Source of the DNA: a virus
DNA: 64,000 nt
Virus genome (UHGV): UHGV-1366603
Strand: one strand, 5' to 3'
Below, in pieces: positions 56,475 to 64,000 of the stretch (positions are counted from its first letter, which is position 1; each line of letters opens with the position of its first letter). A program made the translations under genes and the position numbers. The notes under the pieces are model-generated. The model did no database searches, was not told the origin of the DNA, and was given only the letters and a program-made list of their open reading frames with translations.

Positions 56475-58760
56475 ATGAAAGATACCCGAATCTCTAATTT
56501 AGAGAAACTCGTAGAAGCCGGTACTAGTCTGGCCCAAAACGTCATCGGCAACAACACCGCCAGCGAAATGTGGAATACGATTGTTGCAGGCGAGTCCGTA
56601 CGCAGCAACGCAAAAGTGTTTGGCGCTCTGCGTGACGAAGCATCACAGCACTATGCCAACGCTTTTGGTGGCAAGAAAATGTCTCATGCTGCGACTGTCG
56701 CCTCCGCAATGATTCTGGGCGCAGCTAACCACGGTAAAGACCTGCAAGAACGTGTTGCCCAGGAATACGCTAAGCCGGAATTCCACACCAAGTATAACCT
56801 GGATATTGGTATCCCTGGTGCGCAAGGTGGTGACTGGGGTCGTGAGCGCATGGTTGTTGCTCAGGAATACTACAGCAACAAAGACTACGACAAAAACCTG
56901 GGCCTGACCTGGACCCTGAACGTACGTGCTCTGGAAACTCAGTCCAAGTTTGCTGAAACACTGTTCCCGACCATTACCGTCGACACCAACGATGTTGGTA
57001 TTACCGTACGTACTAAAGTGACTACCGTTTCTCGCGGTATCATGAACGCGCTGCTGAGCAAAGACGTCGTTGAAGATCATCGTCGTCCGCTGCACAACGC
57101 ACTGACTGACCACACCGTTCTCCAGGACGAAGCGATCAACATCGTTCCTTACGTAATGGAAACCGGTGAAAACCAGGAATACTTCGTAAGCGAAGAACTG
57201 GTTCCGAACGAAACCGTTCGCCTGGGTCGTGTACCTCCGTATCCGACTAACTACCTGAGCTTTGCAAACGACACGCTGAACCTGTTCCAGCTGTCTGCGC
57301 ATCCGGGTATCGTTCAGGAAGGTTACGAAGAAACTGATGAAATCGCACCGGGTTGTGCTCTGGGCAGCCTGCTGATTTCTGTACGTAAACCGGCCGAAGA
57401 AGCGAAAGCGGGTAAATTCATCAAACTGCACGTTCGTGACATGCAGTTCGCAACCTTCCAGCGTCCTGCTGAAGGTGACGGCCGTGAACTGGTTCTGCAA
57501 TTCCGTCGTACCGCGTTCTCTCTGAATGCGAAAACCACTGACTGGAAAGGCGACGCTATTCCGGCTCTGCAAGCACTGGGCCAGAACTCCTACACCCTGC
57601 GCTACGTTATCACCATCACCATGTCCCTGTTCACCAGCGGCCAGTTCGGTGGTAAAGTAGACATTTCCGGCCACAAACTGGAAATCGAAGGTCTGTACGA
57701 TGCAACTGGTAACAAAGTTGATACCAAGTCTGGTACCGGTAAAGTTATCCTGGATGGCCTGAAACTTGAACTGATGGGCTGGCGCTTCGATGGTACTCGT
57801 ACCAACGAAAACCGTCGTACCCAGGGTCTTCTGCTTGACCCAATTTGGGAACAGGAAAACTACAAACTGCAATACGGTTCTCCGATTCTGACCAAGTCTC
57901 CGGTTGGTGTTGAATACGACGACACTGAACGTCTGGACGACCTGATCTCTGCGGTGAACATCCGTAACGAACAGCTGGCTATTACTCAGACGCTGTCTTA
58001 CACCGAAGCAGTACGTAACGCAGCCGCTGCGATGATCACTCCGTGGGACAAACCGGCTATCCGTGGTCTGGGCCGTCACTGGGTTGCTCCGTGGTTCAAA
58101 GAGTCTGACTACAAAGTCGATGAAGTTGTTCAGTCTCTGGATACCAAAGAAGCGCTGATCAACGCTCGTCAGGGTCTGTTGCAGCGTATCGGTAGCCAGG
58201 TAACTCAGGCTATCCAGGATTCTCGTTTCATTCCTGCACTGCGCCTGCTGACCGCTGATCCGGACATTCTGCCGAAAGTTATTATCGCAACTGACGAACC
58301 GACTGCATCTATGCTGCTGCTGGTTCAGGGCGACCAACGTCTGCTGGGCGACCGTTATGAATACGAAGTCGTTACCACCAACGATGACCGCTGGCGCATC
58401 TACAACGCAGCTGACGATTCCTGGACTCGTCGTCTGCAATGGTTCCTGAAAGTTCCGACTGCGGACGATGGTTCCTACTGCGTACTGAACTGGGGTAACC
58501 ACTTCTGGTCTCCGATCATGGTTACCAACATCAACATCCAGCGTAACGGTTCTACTTCTAAAGAACTGGCTGTACAGCCGCGTAACGCGCATATCTGCCA
58601 CTGCCCGATCACTGGTCTGATTTGGGTTAAAGGCATCACCAAACTGGTTGAAGAAAAACTGGCTTACAACGTTTCTGTAGAACAGAACGGCCAGAAACAA
58701 ACCGACGGTGGTGTAGCAGGTAATGTTGCTGGCGACGGTAAAGACAAAGCTGGTAAATAA
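56475..58760 (+). CDS. abundant virion protein; major capsid protein candidate, 761 aa
   Basis: taaggtattaaacaa RBS; very strong host-optimal codon bias; size close to jumbo-phage major capsid proteins; strongest terminator in the window follows. Product call is inference. Confidence 0.5.
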   Translation: MKDTRISNLEKLVEAGTSLAQNVIGNNTASEMWNTIVAGESVRSNAKVFGALRDEASQHYANAFGGKKMSHAATVASAMILGAANHGKDLQERVAQEYAKPEFHTKYNLDIGIPGAQGGDWGRERMVVAQEYYSNKDYDKNLGLTWTLNVRALETQSKFAETLFPTITVDTNDVGITVRTKVTTVSRGIMNALLSKDVVEDHRRPLHNALTDHTVLQDEAINIVPYVMETGENQEYFVSEELVPNETVRLGRVPPYPTNYLSFANDTLNLFQLSAHPGIVQEGYEETDEIAPGCALGSLLISVRKPAEEAKAGKFIKLHVRDMQFATFQRPAEGDGRELVLQFRRTAFSLNAKTTDWKGDAIPALQALGQNSYTLRYVITITMSLFTSGQFGGKVDISGHKLEIEGLYDATGNKVDTKSGTGKVILDGLKLELMGWRFDGTRTNENRRTQGLLLDPIWEQENYKLQYGSPILTKSPVGVEYDDTERLDDLISAVNIRNEQLAITQTLSYTEAVRNAAAAMITPWDKPAIRGLGRHWVAPWFKESDYKVDEVVQSLDTKEALINARQGLLQRIGSQVTQAIQDSRFIPALRLLTADPDILPKVIIATDEPTASMLLLVQGDQRLLGDRYEYEVVTTNDDRWRIYNAADDSWTRRLQWFLKVPTADDGSYCVLNWGNHFWSPIMVTNINIQRNGSTSKELAVQPRNAHICHCPITGLIWVKGITKLVEEKLAYNVSVEQNGQKQTDGGVAGNVAGDGKDKAGK

Positions 58761-58775
58761 TACCGAATAAAAAGT

Positions 58776-58816
58776 GTCTAAGCCCTTCGGGGCTTAGACC
58801 TTTTATTTTTTTTTTC
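58776..58816 (+). terminator. intrinsic terminator
   Basis: 10-bp stem gtctaagccc/gggcttagac with UUCG loop, followed by a T-rich run. Confidence 0.9.
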
Positions 58817-58830
58817 TTTCTATTATTTTT

Positions 58831-58845
58831 TGGATAGATATTATC
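58831..58845 (+). promoter_or_regulatory. promoter-like motif TGGATAGATATTATC
   Basis: Recurring motif about 36 nt upstream of the uORF at 58881. Confidence 0.5.
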
Positions 58846-58880
58846 AAAGGGAGACTGTCAGTTGGTTTAAAGGAGACTTT

Positions 58881-58931
58881 ATGGAAAAATTACAGTTAAA
58901 ACTAAAGATATGTACCATTATTAAAACTTAA
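58881..58931 (+). CDS. possible 16-aa leader peptide (uORF)
   Basis: Strong AAAGGAGA RBS then ATG; MEKLQLKLKICTIIKT; ends 12 nt before the 58944 ATG, which lacks its own RBS. Confidence 0.3.
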   Translation: MEKLQLKLKICTIIKT

Positions 58932-58943
58932 TCTGGCCCCTAC

Positions 58944-59954
58944 ATGAACCGTCTTGATATTGATGTGGTGCCCAGTATTACTGACCGCTCGTTGTATCAA
59001 AAGTCAGGACTGCAAAAACTCATCACTTTTGAGAATAATACTGGTGTGCCAATTTACGTCACTGAAACCAGTGGCGGTAGCTTTATTTTAACTCCGTCCA
59101 AAAGCCCGGCTGATGAGCATGGGGTTGTTGTTTATGTAACGTATCAATCGTTCGGAAATCTGGTTAACCTGAACGGGTTTGCAGAAGTCTTACCAGAAAA
59201 ACAATTCACTAAATTCTGTGCAGATTTAAAGGAGAAAGGAGAGGTCACACTCCGATACGTGGTTGACGATATCGGTGCTTTATTACGTGGGGACTTGGTT
59301 GTATTGAAGCAGCTAGGATTCGCTTTTTCAATTACACCAGTTCGATTAGAAAGTACGCCACCGAGCGTAAGACCAGGAGGCGAGAGAACTGAATTTACAT
59401 TAGGTGTTATTGTTGTGCAGCGTTACGACGATCCCGAACTATATCGTTGGATTAGATTCTACGGAACGCGCATGGAAGTACAGCCGATACTATCGCGGTA
59501 TTACGAACCGGGTGTGTATATGGTAATCGGAGGAGGAGACAAAGTAGAAGGGAGTAGGATGATTCACTTCGAGTTCGATGACTTACTGTCACCGTTCCGT
59601 GTTTTTAAAGATAAAGAAACAGCCACTGCGTTTCGATGGCAAGAAACGTTACCGGATATTCACGAGATAAAGGAAAAGCTGGAAAGTCAATACAGAGAAA
59701 AATTAGAAAGTTTGGATTCGGCAAAAGACAAACTGGAAATAGAACACAAAAAACAACTACAGAATTTGGCTTTGGAAAAGGAGCGTTTGACTCTAGCGTA
59801 TAAACAACAAGAACTAGAAGCAAAGTCTCGGGCAGAGGCACGAAAAGAATTCTACGAGACTCGTTCTTACATTCGTAAAGATGGGTCAGACCTATTTAAA
59901 TCAGTCCCTGCGTATCTGGCGGCGGGTGTCGCATTTATAGGGATGCTAAAGTAA
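58944..59954 (+). CDS. hypothetical protein (C-terminal coiled coil plus hydrophobic anchor)
   Basis: ORF with E/K-rich coiled-coil-like region and C-terminal VPAYLAAGVAFIGML. Confidence 0.7.
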   Translation: MNRLDIDVVPSITDRSLYQKSGLQKLITFENNTGVPIYVTETSGGSFILTPSKSPADEHGVVVYVTYQSFGNLVNLNGFAEVLPEKQFTKFCADLKEKGEVTLRYVVDDIGALLRGDLVVLKQLGFAFSITPVRLESTPPSVRPGGERTEFTLGVIVVQRYDDPELYRWIRFYGTRMEVQPILSRYYEPGVYMVIGGGDKVEGSRMIHFEFDDLLSPFRVFKDKETATAFRWQETLPDIHEIKEKLESQYREKLESLDSAKDKLEIEHKKQLQNLALEKERLTLAYKQQELEAKSRAEARKEFYETRSYIRKDGSDLFKSVPAYLAAGVAFIGMLK

Positions 59955-59964
59955 GGAGCGTGGC

Positions 59965-61740
59965 GTGTTTAAAGATGCAATCAGAAAGCTTAAAGAGGAT
60001 GGCAAAATAGTACCCTTTAACCGAGCGATTGCGGAAGGTGTCGGTTATACACAGGCCAAAGACGGTATACACGAGCGTGTTCAGATTATCTTGAAACGTG
60101 AGCTGGATTATCATCCTGTTGATAATCCGCGTGTTCCTGAAGGGCTGGCTGTATTAGGCGTACGGTTAATGTCACCGTTTGAAACGTTCATCTATAAGCT
60201 GTCTCGTTCTGAGAGCAGCAGAATGGATAGACGTCGTGGCGTGATGTCCATTGCGAATACCGATGCGTATATGGTCATGTCAACATTCCGTATTCCAGGA
60301 GATTCTCGACCGATCTCAAGACCGATTAACTTACCCTTTATCCGTCGTGGCGGTTTAATGAACTATTACGGTACGACGTATCACGTTGCACCGGTTATTC
60401 ACCAGCCAGGTATCTGTCGCGAACACGGTGGGGTATTTGTTAACTTTGACTTTAAACGTAAAGCCTCGTTGAAATTCTGTAAGCAACCTGTCCGTGTGTT
60501 AGTCAACGGTAAAAAAGAGGAGCTATTCTTACCAGGCACCAAAAACCTGTTCAAAGCGAAGAACGCAACACATCCTGATACTGACGAGAAACCGTTAATG
60601 TATTGGTTGTTCGGACGTTACGGATTTAAAGAAGCGATTAAACGCTATACTGGTGTTGATGTAGAAATTTATCCGTCGTTTAAGATCCCAGAACTCGATC
60701 TCAACGAGAAAGTTGTAATCAGTTCCGGTGAATCGAAATATAACCGTTCGATAATGTACGCGGTTGTCGTACCCGCAGAAGCATTGCCGAACGTGGATAA
60801 AGTTGGTTGGGATCAAAACGAGCATTTGTTGCTGGCCGCAATTGCTGCGTTCTTCAAAGCCGCTCACTACTATTGCAGTAAACAATCTATTAAGAACGGT
60901 AACGTCACGCCGCTCCCGCCGCTGTTTACCGCAATTAATGAGTTAGCGATGGAAGACGATATTGCTAACCTGAACTCTGCTCCGATTTGGCGTGAGATTC
61001 TGGGAAGAAGTATCGTAGGACTAAAACCTTCCGATATTGAGTTAGCACACAGTATGGCGAAACACTATACTGAATGCGATCGCTACGTTAACTCAACGTT
61101 CCGTGCAGAACTGAAGATGACCGATCCTGACATTCCAGACGACATGGATATGTTTGATTTCTTCTGGTATGCAACGAAACTGATGGTACGTACCCGGTTG
61201 ACCAAACAGGGTGACATTCCGTCGATGTACGGAAAACGTTTAACCGTGACTGACTACTTACTGTTAGGTGACCGTGGGTTTACACCAACGGTAGCGGCTA
61301 TTCGTTTCCATCTGGGACAAACGGAGAATCGTTCGCCAGAATCCTGCGCGAATATGATTCGTAGCGCACTCAATAAAGAAATTGTCACGAGTCTGGTGTT
61401 GCGTAATATCACCGGTAACGGTGGTGTAAGCTATTTCAACGCATCAACAGAGTCCATGGTACTAGGAGTATCCACACACGCAATCAGTCAAACTGAAACG
61501 GAATCTAAACGTAACAGCAAAGGCGGTAAAACGGTTAACCTTAACGACCGTACGAAACATGCTTCTGCATCGCACCTAGAATGCGGTAACGTTTATTACA
61601 TTCCGAAGTCGTCCCCATTCAAATGGGGTGTCCTTAACCCGTACATGAAAACTAACCGTCAGTTAGTGATGGTCCGTAATCCAAAACTTGACGAGTTAAT
61701 CCAAGCAACCGAAGAAGACATTGCGAAGATTGGCCGTTAA
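59965..61740 (+). CDS. hypothetical protein, 591 aa
   Basis: GTG start preceded by AAGGAG. Confidence 0.8.
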   Translation: MFKDAIRKLKEDGKIVPFNRAIAEGVGYTQAKDGIHERVQIILKRELDYHPVDNPRVPEGLAVLGVRLMSPFETFIYKLSRSESSRMDRRRGVMSIANTDAYMVMSTFRIPGDSRPISRPINLPFIRRGGLMNYYGTTYHVAPVIHQPGICREHGGVFVNFDFKRKASLKFCKQPVRVLVNGKKEELFLPGTKNLFKAKNATHPDTDEKPLMYWLFGRYGFKEAIKRYTGVDVEIYPSFKIPELDLNEKVVISSGESKYNRSIMYAVVVPAEALPNVDKVGWDQNEHLLLAAIAAFFKAAHYYCSKQSIKNGNVTPLPPLFTAINELAMEDDIANLNSAPIWREILGRSIVGLKPSDIELAHSMAKHYTECDRYVNSTFRAELKMTDPDIPDDMDMFDFFWYATKLMVRTRLTKQGDIPSMYGKRLTVTDYLLLGDRGFTPTVAAIRFHLGQTENRSPESCANMIRSALNKEIVTSLVLRNITGNGGVSYFNASTESMVLGVSTHAISQTETESKRNSKGGKTVNLNDRTKHASASHLECGNVYYIPKSSPFKWGVLNPYMKTNRQLVMVRNPKLDELIQATEEDIAKIGR

Positions 61741-61779
61741 CCACGAAAGACGTATTAAGACCTATTAGGAGAATTAAGA

Positions 61780-63390
61780 ATGGCAAGCTACAGTGAAACT
61801 CGTGAATTTATCTTGAAAGTTTTTATGGCTAAACAGGATCAACTGTTGAACTATCTCGTCGACGCGATGAACGCGAAAGGGATAAAAGAAGATCCGTTTG
61901 TTAATGCAGCCTGCATTGTGGGTAACTGGTATCTGCAAAACCGTCGTCCTATTGACCAAACTAACGTTGCGGTTATCGAAACCTTTAAGGCAACGCTCTA
62001 TAGCCGTCTGTTAGGTTTAGGTCTGACCCCGTTGCAGCCGGACATTCATAGCGCGTTAGAGAAAGCGTTTGTGCTGGCGAATCAGCTTGCAGAAGAAGCC
62101 CGTCGTGCAGGGCAGGGTGGATTTGGTGTACGTACTGAACCGGTTAACTTCGGTATTCAGAATTCGCAGAATGCGCAACCAACTGCACCGATTCAGGGTT
62201 CTTCTGTACCGATGGCCAGCTATACTCCGGCCGGTGTAACAGTGCAACCTGTACAACCCGCTCCGGTATTCGGCGGTACTCCGCAACCTCAACCTCAGCC
62301 GCAAACGCAGCCTGCTATTATTCAGCCGACTGTTCCGCAGGAAGTGATGAATAAAAGCAAGCCTGTGGATATGAATAAGGAAACGATGGATGACATCATT
62401 CAACGTGCTAACCGTCCTCACCATGACATTTTGCGGGTAGAAATTGTGGAAGACTATTTAGATCACGAGCTGAAAGAAAAGATTCAGCAAAACGTTGTTT
62501 CGCCGAAAGAAGCTAACACACGCGTCAAGAATTCTGTGTATGCAGAACATCGTGACTGGGGTGATAAGGTTAGTGAACTGGTTGAAGATAACGACAAACA
62601 ATATTGCTCGTATGACGATGCGGGTATCATGGTGAAAGTCGAAAGCGAATATCGTCTGTATCCGATGGCACAGACTGAAACTTCTGCGGTGTATCTCCAG
62701 GAGTTTTATAGCTCGGTTCGCCAGATTATCGACGATCTCGATACCGTACGTGATATTGACGATATTGAAAAGCTGATGGAGCGTGTTTCTAACGACGTCT
62801 TCAGACTGCGTGACCTTGCACAGCGTCTGTTAATGTACTTCCTCACCAAATCTGATGAGAATGAAACGTATCGTAGCGAATGCTCAGCGTTTACTCGTCG
62901 TTTCATTGCAACATTAACCGTGCTGGTTCACAACGCGATCTCCGTGGCATCTGCTTACGGTAAAGACGTTCCGGGTACGAAATTCGTACAGTTGGAATGC
63001 TGCCTGGATGACATGACCTACTTTAAAGAGACAGTGTATGGTCGTACCATCGGTGAAAACGGCGTGAGCAAGTCTGCGGATTACTTCCGTGAAATGTTCC
63101 TGCTGATTGCGCGTTCTCTGCGTAAGCTGCACATTCGTCTGACCTGCGATAATAAAGCCATTGAACTGTCTCAGGTAACGTACACGATTTCTCTGCAAGC
63201 AGATTATCAATCCGCTAACGATCGTCATATCGTGGAAATCTCATCGTTTGGTAATAGCTTCGAACCGATTGTTTCAATCTACGAAGTCATTAACCAGAAA
63301 GCACCAGAAGCGTTCATTAAACTTAAGACCCCGTCTCACGTTTATTCGCTACTGAGCACCGGTGACGTTACTGCACCAGTTCGTTATTAA
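61780..63390 (+). CDS. hypothetical protein, 536 aa (PQ-repeat linker)
   Basis: taggagaa RBS; TPQPQPQPQTQP repeat. Confidence 0.8.
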   Translation: MASYSETREFILKVFMAKQDQLLNYLVDAMNAKGIKEDPFVNAACIVGNWYLQNRRPIDQTNVAVIETFKATLYSRLLGLGLTPLQPDIHSALEKAFVLANQLAEEARRAGQGGFGVRTEPVNFGIQNSQNAQPTAPIQGSSVPMASYTPAGVTVQPVQPAPVFGGTPQPQPQPQTQPAIIQPTVPQEVMNKSKPVDMNKETMDDIIQRANRPHHDILRVEIVEDYLDHELKEKIQQNVVSPKEANTRVKNSVYAEHRDWGDKVSELVEDNDKQYCSYDDAGIMVKVESEYRLYPMAQTETSAVYLQEFYSSVRQIIDDLDTVRDIDDIEKLMERVSNDVFRLRDLAQRLLMYFLTKSDENETYRSECSAFTRRFIATLTVLVHNAISVASAYGKDVPGTKFVQLECCLDDMTYFKETVYGRTIGENGVSKSADYFREMFLLIARSLRKLHIRLTCDNKAIELSQVTYTISLQADYQSANDRHIVEISSFGNSFEPIVSIYEVINQKAPEAFIKLKTPSHVYSLLSTGDVTAPVRY

Positions 63391-63398
63391 GTTTGGAT

Positions 63399-63423
63399 TG
63401 GGGGTGGAAACATCCCCATTTTT
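63399..63423 (+). terminator. intrinsic terminator
   Basis: tgggggtg-gaaa-catcccca hairpin (one G-U pair) followed by TTTTT. Confidence 0.7.
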
Positions 63424-63434
63424 AAGGAGTGTGT

Positions 63435-63683
63435 ATGGCCGCTTATGTTGATTACAGTAAAGCCAAGATAGAGCTAAACGTAATTGATACCGTAGAGCGT
63501 TTAAAGCAACAACTTTCTTTGGAGTTATATCAACTTCGCGTCCGTATTCACGAGCGTGAACAACTTATTGAGAAACGTCCATTATTTATCGACGAGAAGC
63601 AGGTAAAACTTATCACTGCGGAGTTAGAAGTTATGGCCACAGAGAAACTGTTACTCGAAGAACGTATCGCTGCTATTGGTTAA
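63435..63683 (+). CDS. hypothetical small protein (coiled-coil-like)
   Basis: Track start GTG 63429; ATG 63435 with AAGGAG RBS preferred. Confidence 0.7.
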   Translation: MAAYVDYSKAKIELNVIDTVERLKQQLSLELYQLRVRIHEREQLIEKRPLFIDEKQVKLITAELEVMATEKLLLEERIAAIG

Positions 63684-63694
63684 TCACCACACAA

Positions 63695-63727
63695 GGAGAG
63701 CTTCGGCTCTCCTCCTTTATTTTTATT
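63695..63727 (+). terminator. intrinsic terminator
   Basis: ggagagc-ttcg-gctctcc hairpin followed by a T-rich run. Confidence 0.85.
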
Positions 63728-63771
63728 CCCCAATTTATTATAGCCGCCCACTATAGCGAGGGAATGAGGAA

Positions 63772-64000
63772 ATGATTAAATATGTTGTTATTAATGTAAA
63801 CTACGAACGTAGTCCACGTTTTCGCTTCGAATTACCTGAAACCAATGCAACCATGGAGTTTAATCGTTACCTGTTAGAACATTCAAACACCAAAGTCAAT
63901 CACGGTAGATACTGGCTTATCTACTATAATGCCCGTAATGAGTTACTGAAAGCCGTTAAGAAATCAGGTCAGTCAGAACTGTTAGCGAAACTGATGGCGT
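63772..64000 (+). CDS. hypothetical protein, 3'-partial (runs off window end)
   Basis: gagga RBS then ATG; open frame to nt 64000. Confidence 0.55.
   Translation, partial: MIKYVVINVNYERSPRFRFELPETNATMEFNRYLLEHSNTKVNHGRYWLIYYNARNELLKAVKKSGQSELLAKLMA

Noticed and set aside
1-64000. tRNA genes, CRISPR arrays, integrase, transposase or IS elements
   Set aside because: No cloverleaf-like sequences with a GTTCRANNC T-loop were seen in intergenic regions, there are no regularly spaced direct repeats, and no ORF shows recombinase or transposase motifs; gene organisation is that of a lytic phage segment.

Overview
This window reads as a densely packed segment of a large virulent phage genome, most consistent with a phiKZ-like (nucleus-forming, chimallin-type) jumbo phage of an enterobacterial host; that assignment is inference from gene content, not a database result. 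About 60 protein-coding genes are called, mostly on the + strand with short overlaps, plus about 20 intrinsic terminators and a recurring AGATAGATATTA(T)C promoter-like motif. Recognisable products include split multisubunit RNA polymerase fragments (beta' N-terminal part, a beta C-terminal part, a probable beta' C-terminal part), a dihydrofolate reductase, an SF2 DExH helicase, an SbcD/Mre11-like phosphoesterase, a DEDDy exonuclease-domain protein and an HExxH metallopeptidase-like protein. Candidate chimallin and major capsid genes are assigned by synteny, size and codon usage only. The strongest finding is a 350-nt ORF-less group I intron (6836..7185) that splits the beta' gene exactly inside the catalytic NADFDGD motif. 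Next are two adjacent proteins with nucleoporin-like FG-repeat C-terminal tails and a protein with a bacterial-SSB-like Gly-rich linker and acidic tip. No tRNA, CRISPR array, integrase or transposase was seen.
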